This document shows positions 63,642 through 64,000 of a stretch of 64,000 nucleotides of DNA, piece after piece. The notes beneath the pieces are model-generated. The model did not search any database. It saw nothing but the letters and a program-made list of their open reading frames with translations, and was not told the DNA's origin. How positions within the stretch are numbered: the first letter of the stretch is position 1; every line of letters begins with the position of its first letter. The position numbers were made by a program, and so were the translations under genes. Origin of the DNA: Nemertoderma westbladi (Eukaryota > Animalia > Xenacoelomorpha); NCBI GenBank assembly GCA_032718475.1, contig JAUCBJ010000644.1, forward strand, positions 88,234-152,233, given 5' to 3'.

Positions 63642-64000
63642 GTGTTATTCCGTTTAGAGGGTATTTATATATCTACAAATATTTAATCTGTGTAAATTAT
63701 TATGTACAATATTTGAATTTTTTAGATGTTTGTAAATAAAATAAATATGTATATTATTGTATGAAGAATAGACAGTGTTAAGACCCTCGCGTATTTCCTC
63801 CCTCAAGAAGGGGAGCGAGCCCTATGAGGGAGGTTTACATAAATATACAGGTTAACGCTGAATTGTGTGCCATTTTCATCCAATGATACACGTTATTTTA
63901 TTGTATGTTACTGTATGTTAAATTTATCAGCGTTCGGAAAGTTTAAAATTGTAACGTTTAGGAATATTAAAGAAATCCATATCCATTTAATATGCAACTT

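Overview
AT-rich animal (invertebrate-type) genomic DNA, about three quarters repeats; no prokaryotic features and no CRISPR array. The host genes are mostly invisible in the ORF track. (1) A four-exon TNF-superfamily type II membrane ligand (EDA/Eiger-like) on + at 20832-56359, which I assembled by hand with matching splice phases (264 aa). (2) An intronless AP5Z1-like ORF nested antisense in its intron 2. (3) The 3' end of an unidentified coiled-coil/transmembrane gene on - (60140-63236). TNF exon 1 sits between two large tandem arrays. Upstream is a 44-bp hairpin-bearing satellite (8.7-20.4 kb) carrying a 3-kb RTE-like LINE with a 13-bp TSD. Downstream is a 20-kb array of a 33-bp unit that lies inside a 21.3-kb TIR-bounded, probably Sola1-type DNA transposon, in frame with its decayed transposase, so it looks like a satellite born from a transposase coding repeat. 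Other elements: a BEL/Pao gag-protease ORF kept open despite loss of RT and integrase, a second Sola-like element, a Merlin/MULE-like element carrying a tRNA-like cassette, a CRE-clade LINE fragment, an APE-LINE 5' fragment, MITEs and minisatellites. Family assignments come from recalled motifs; no database searches were run.
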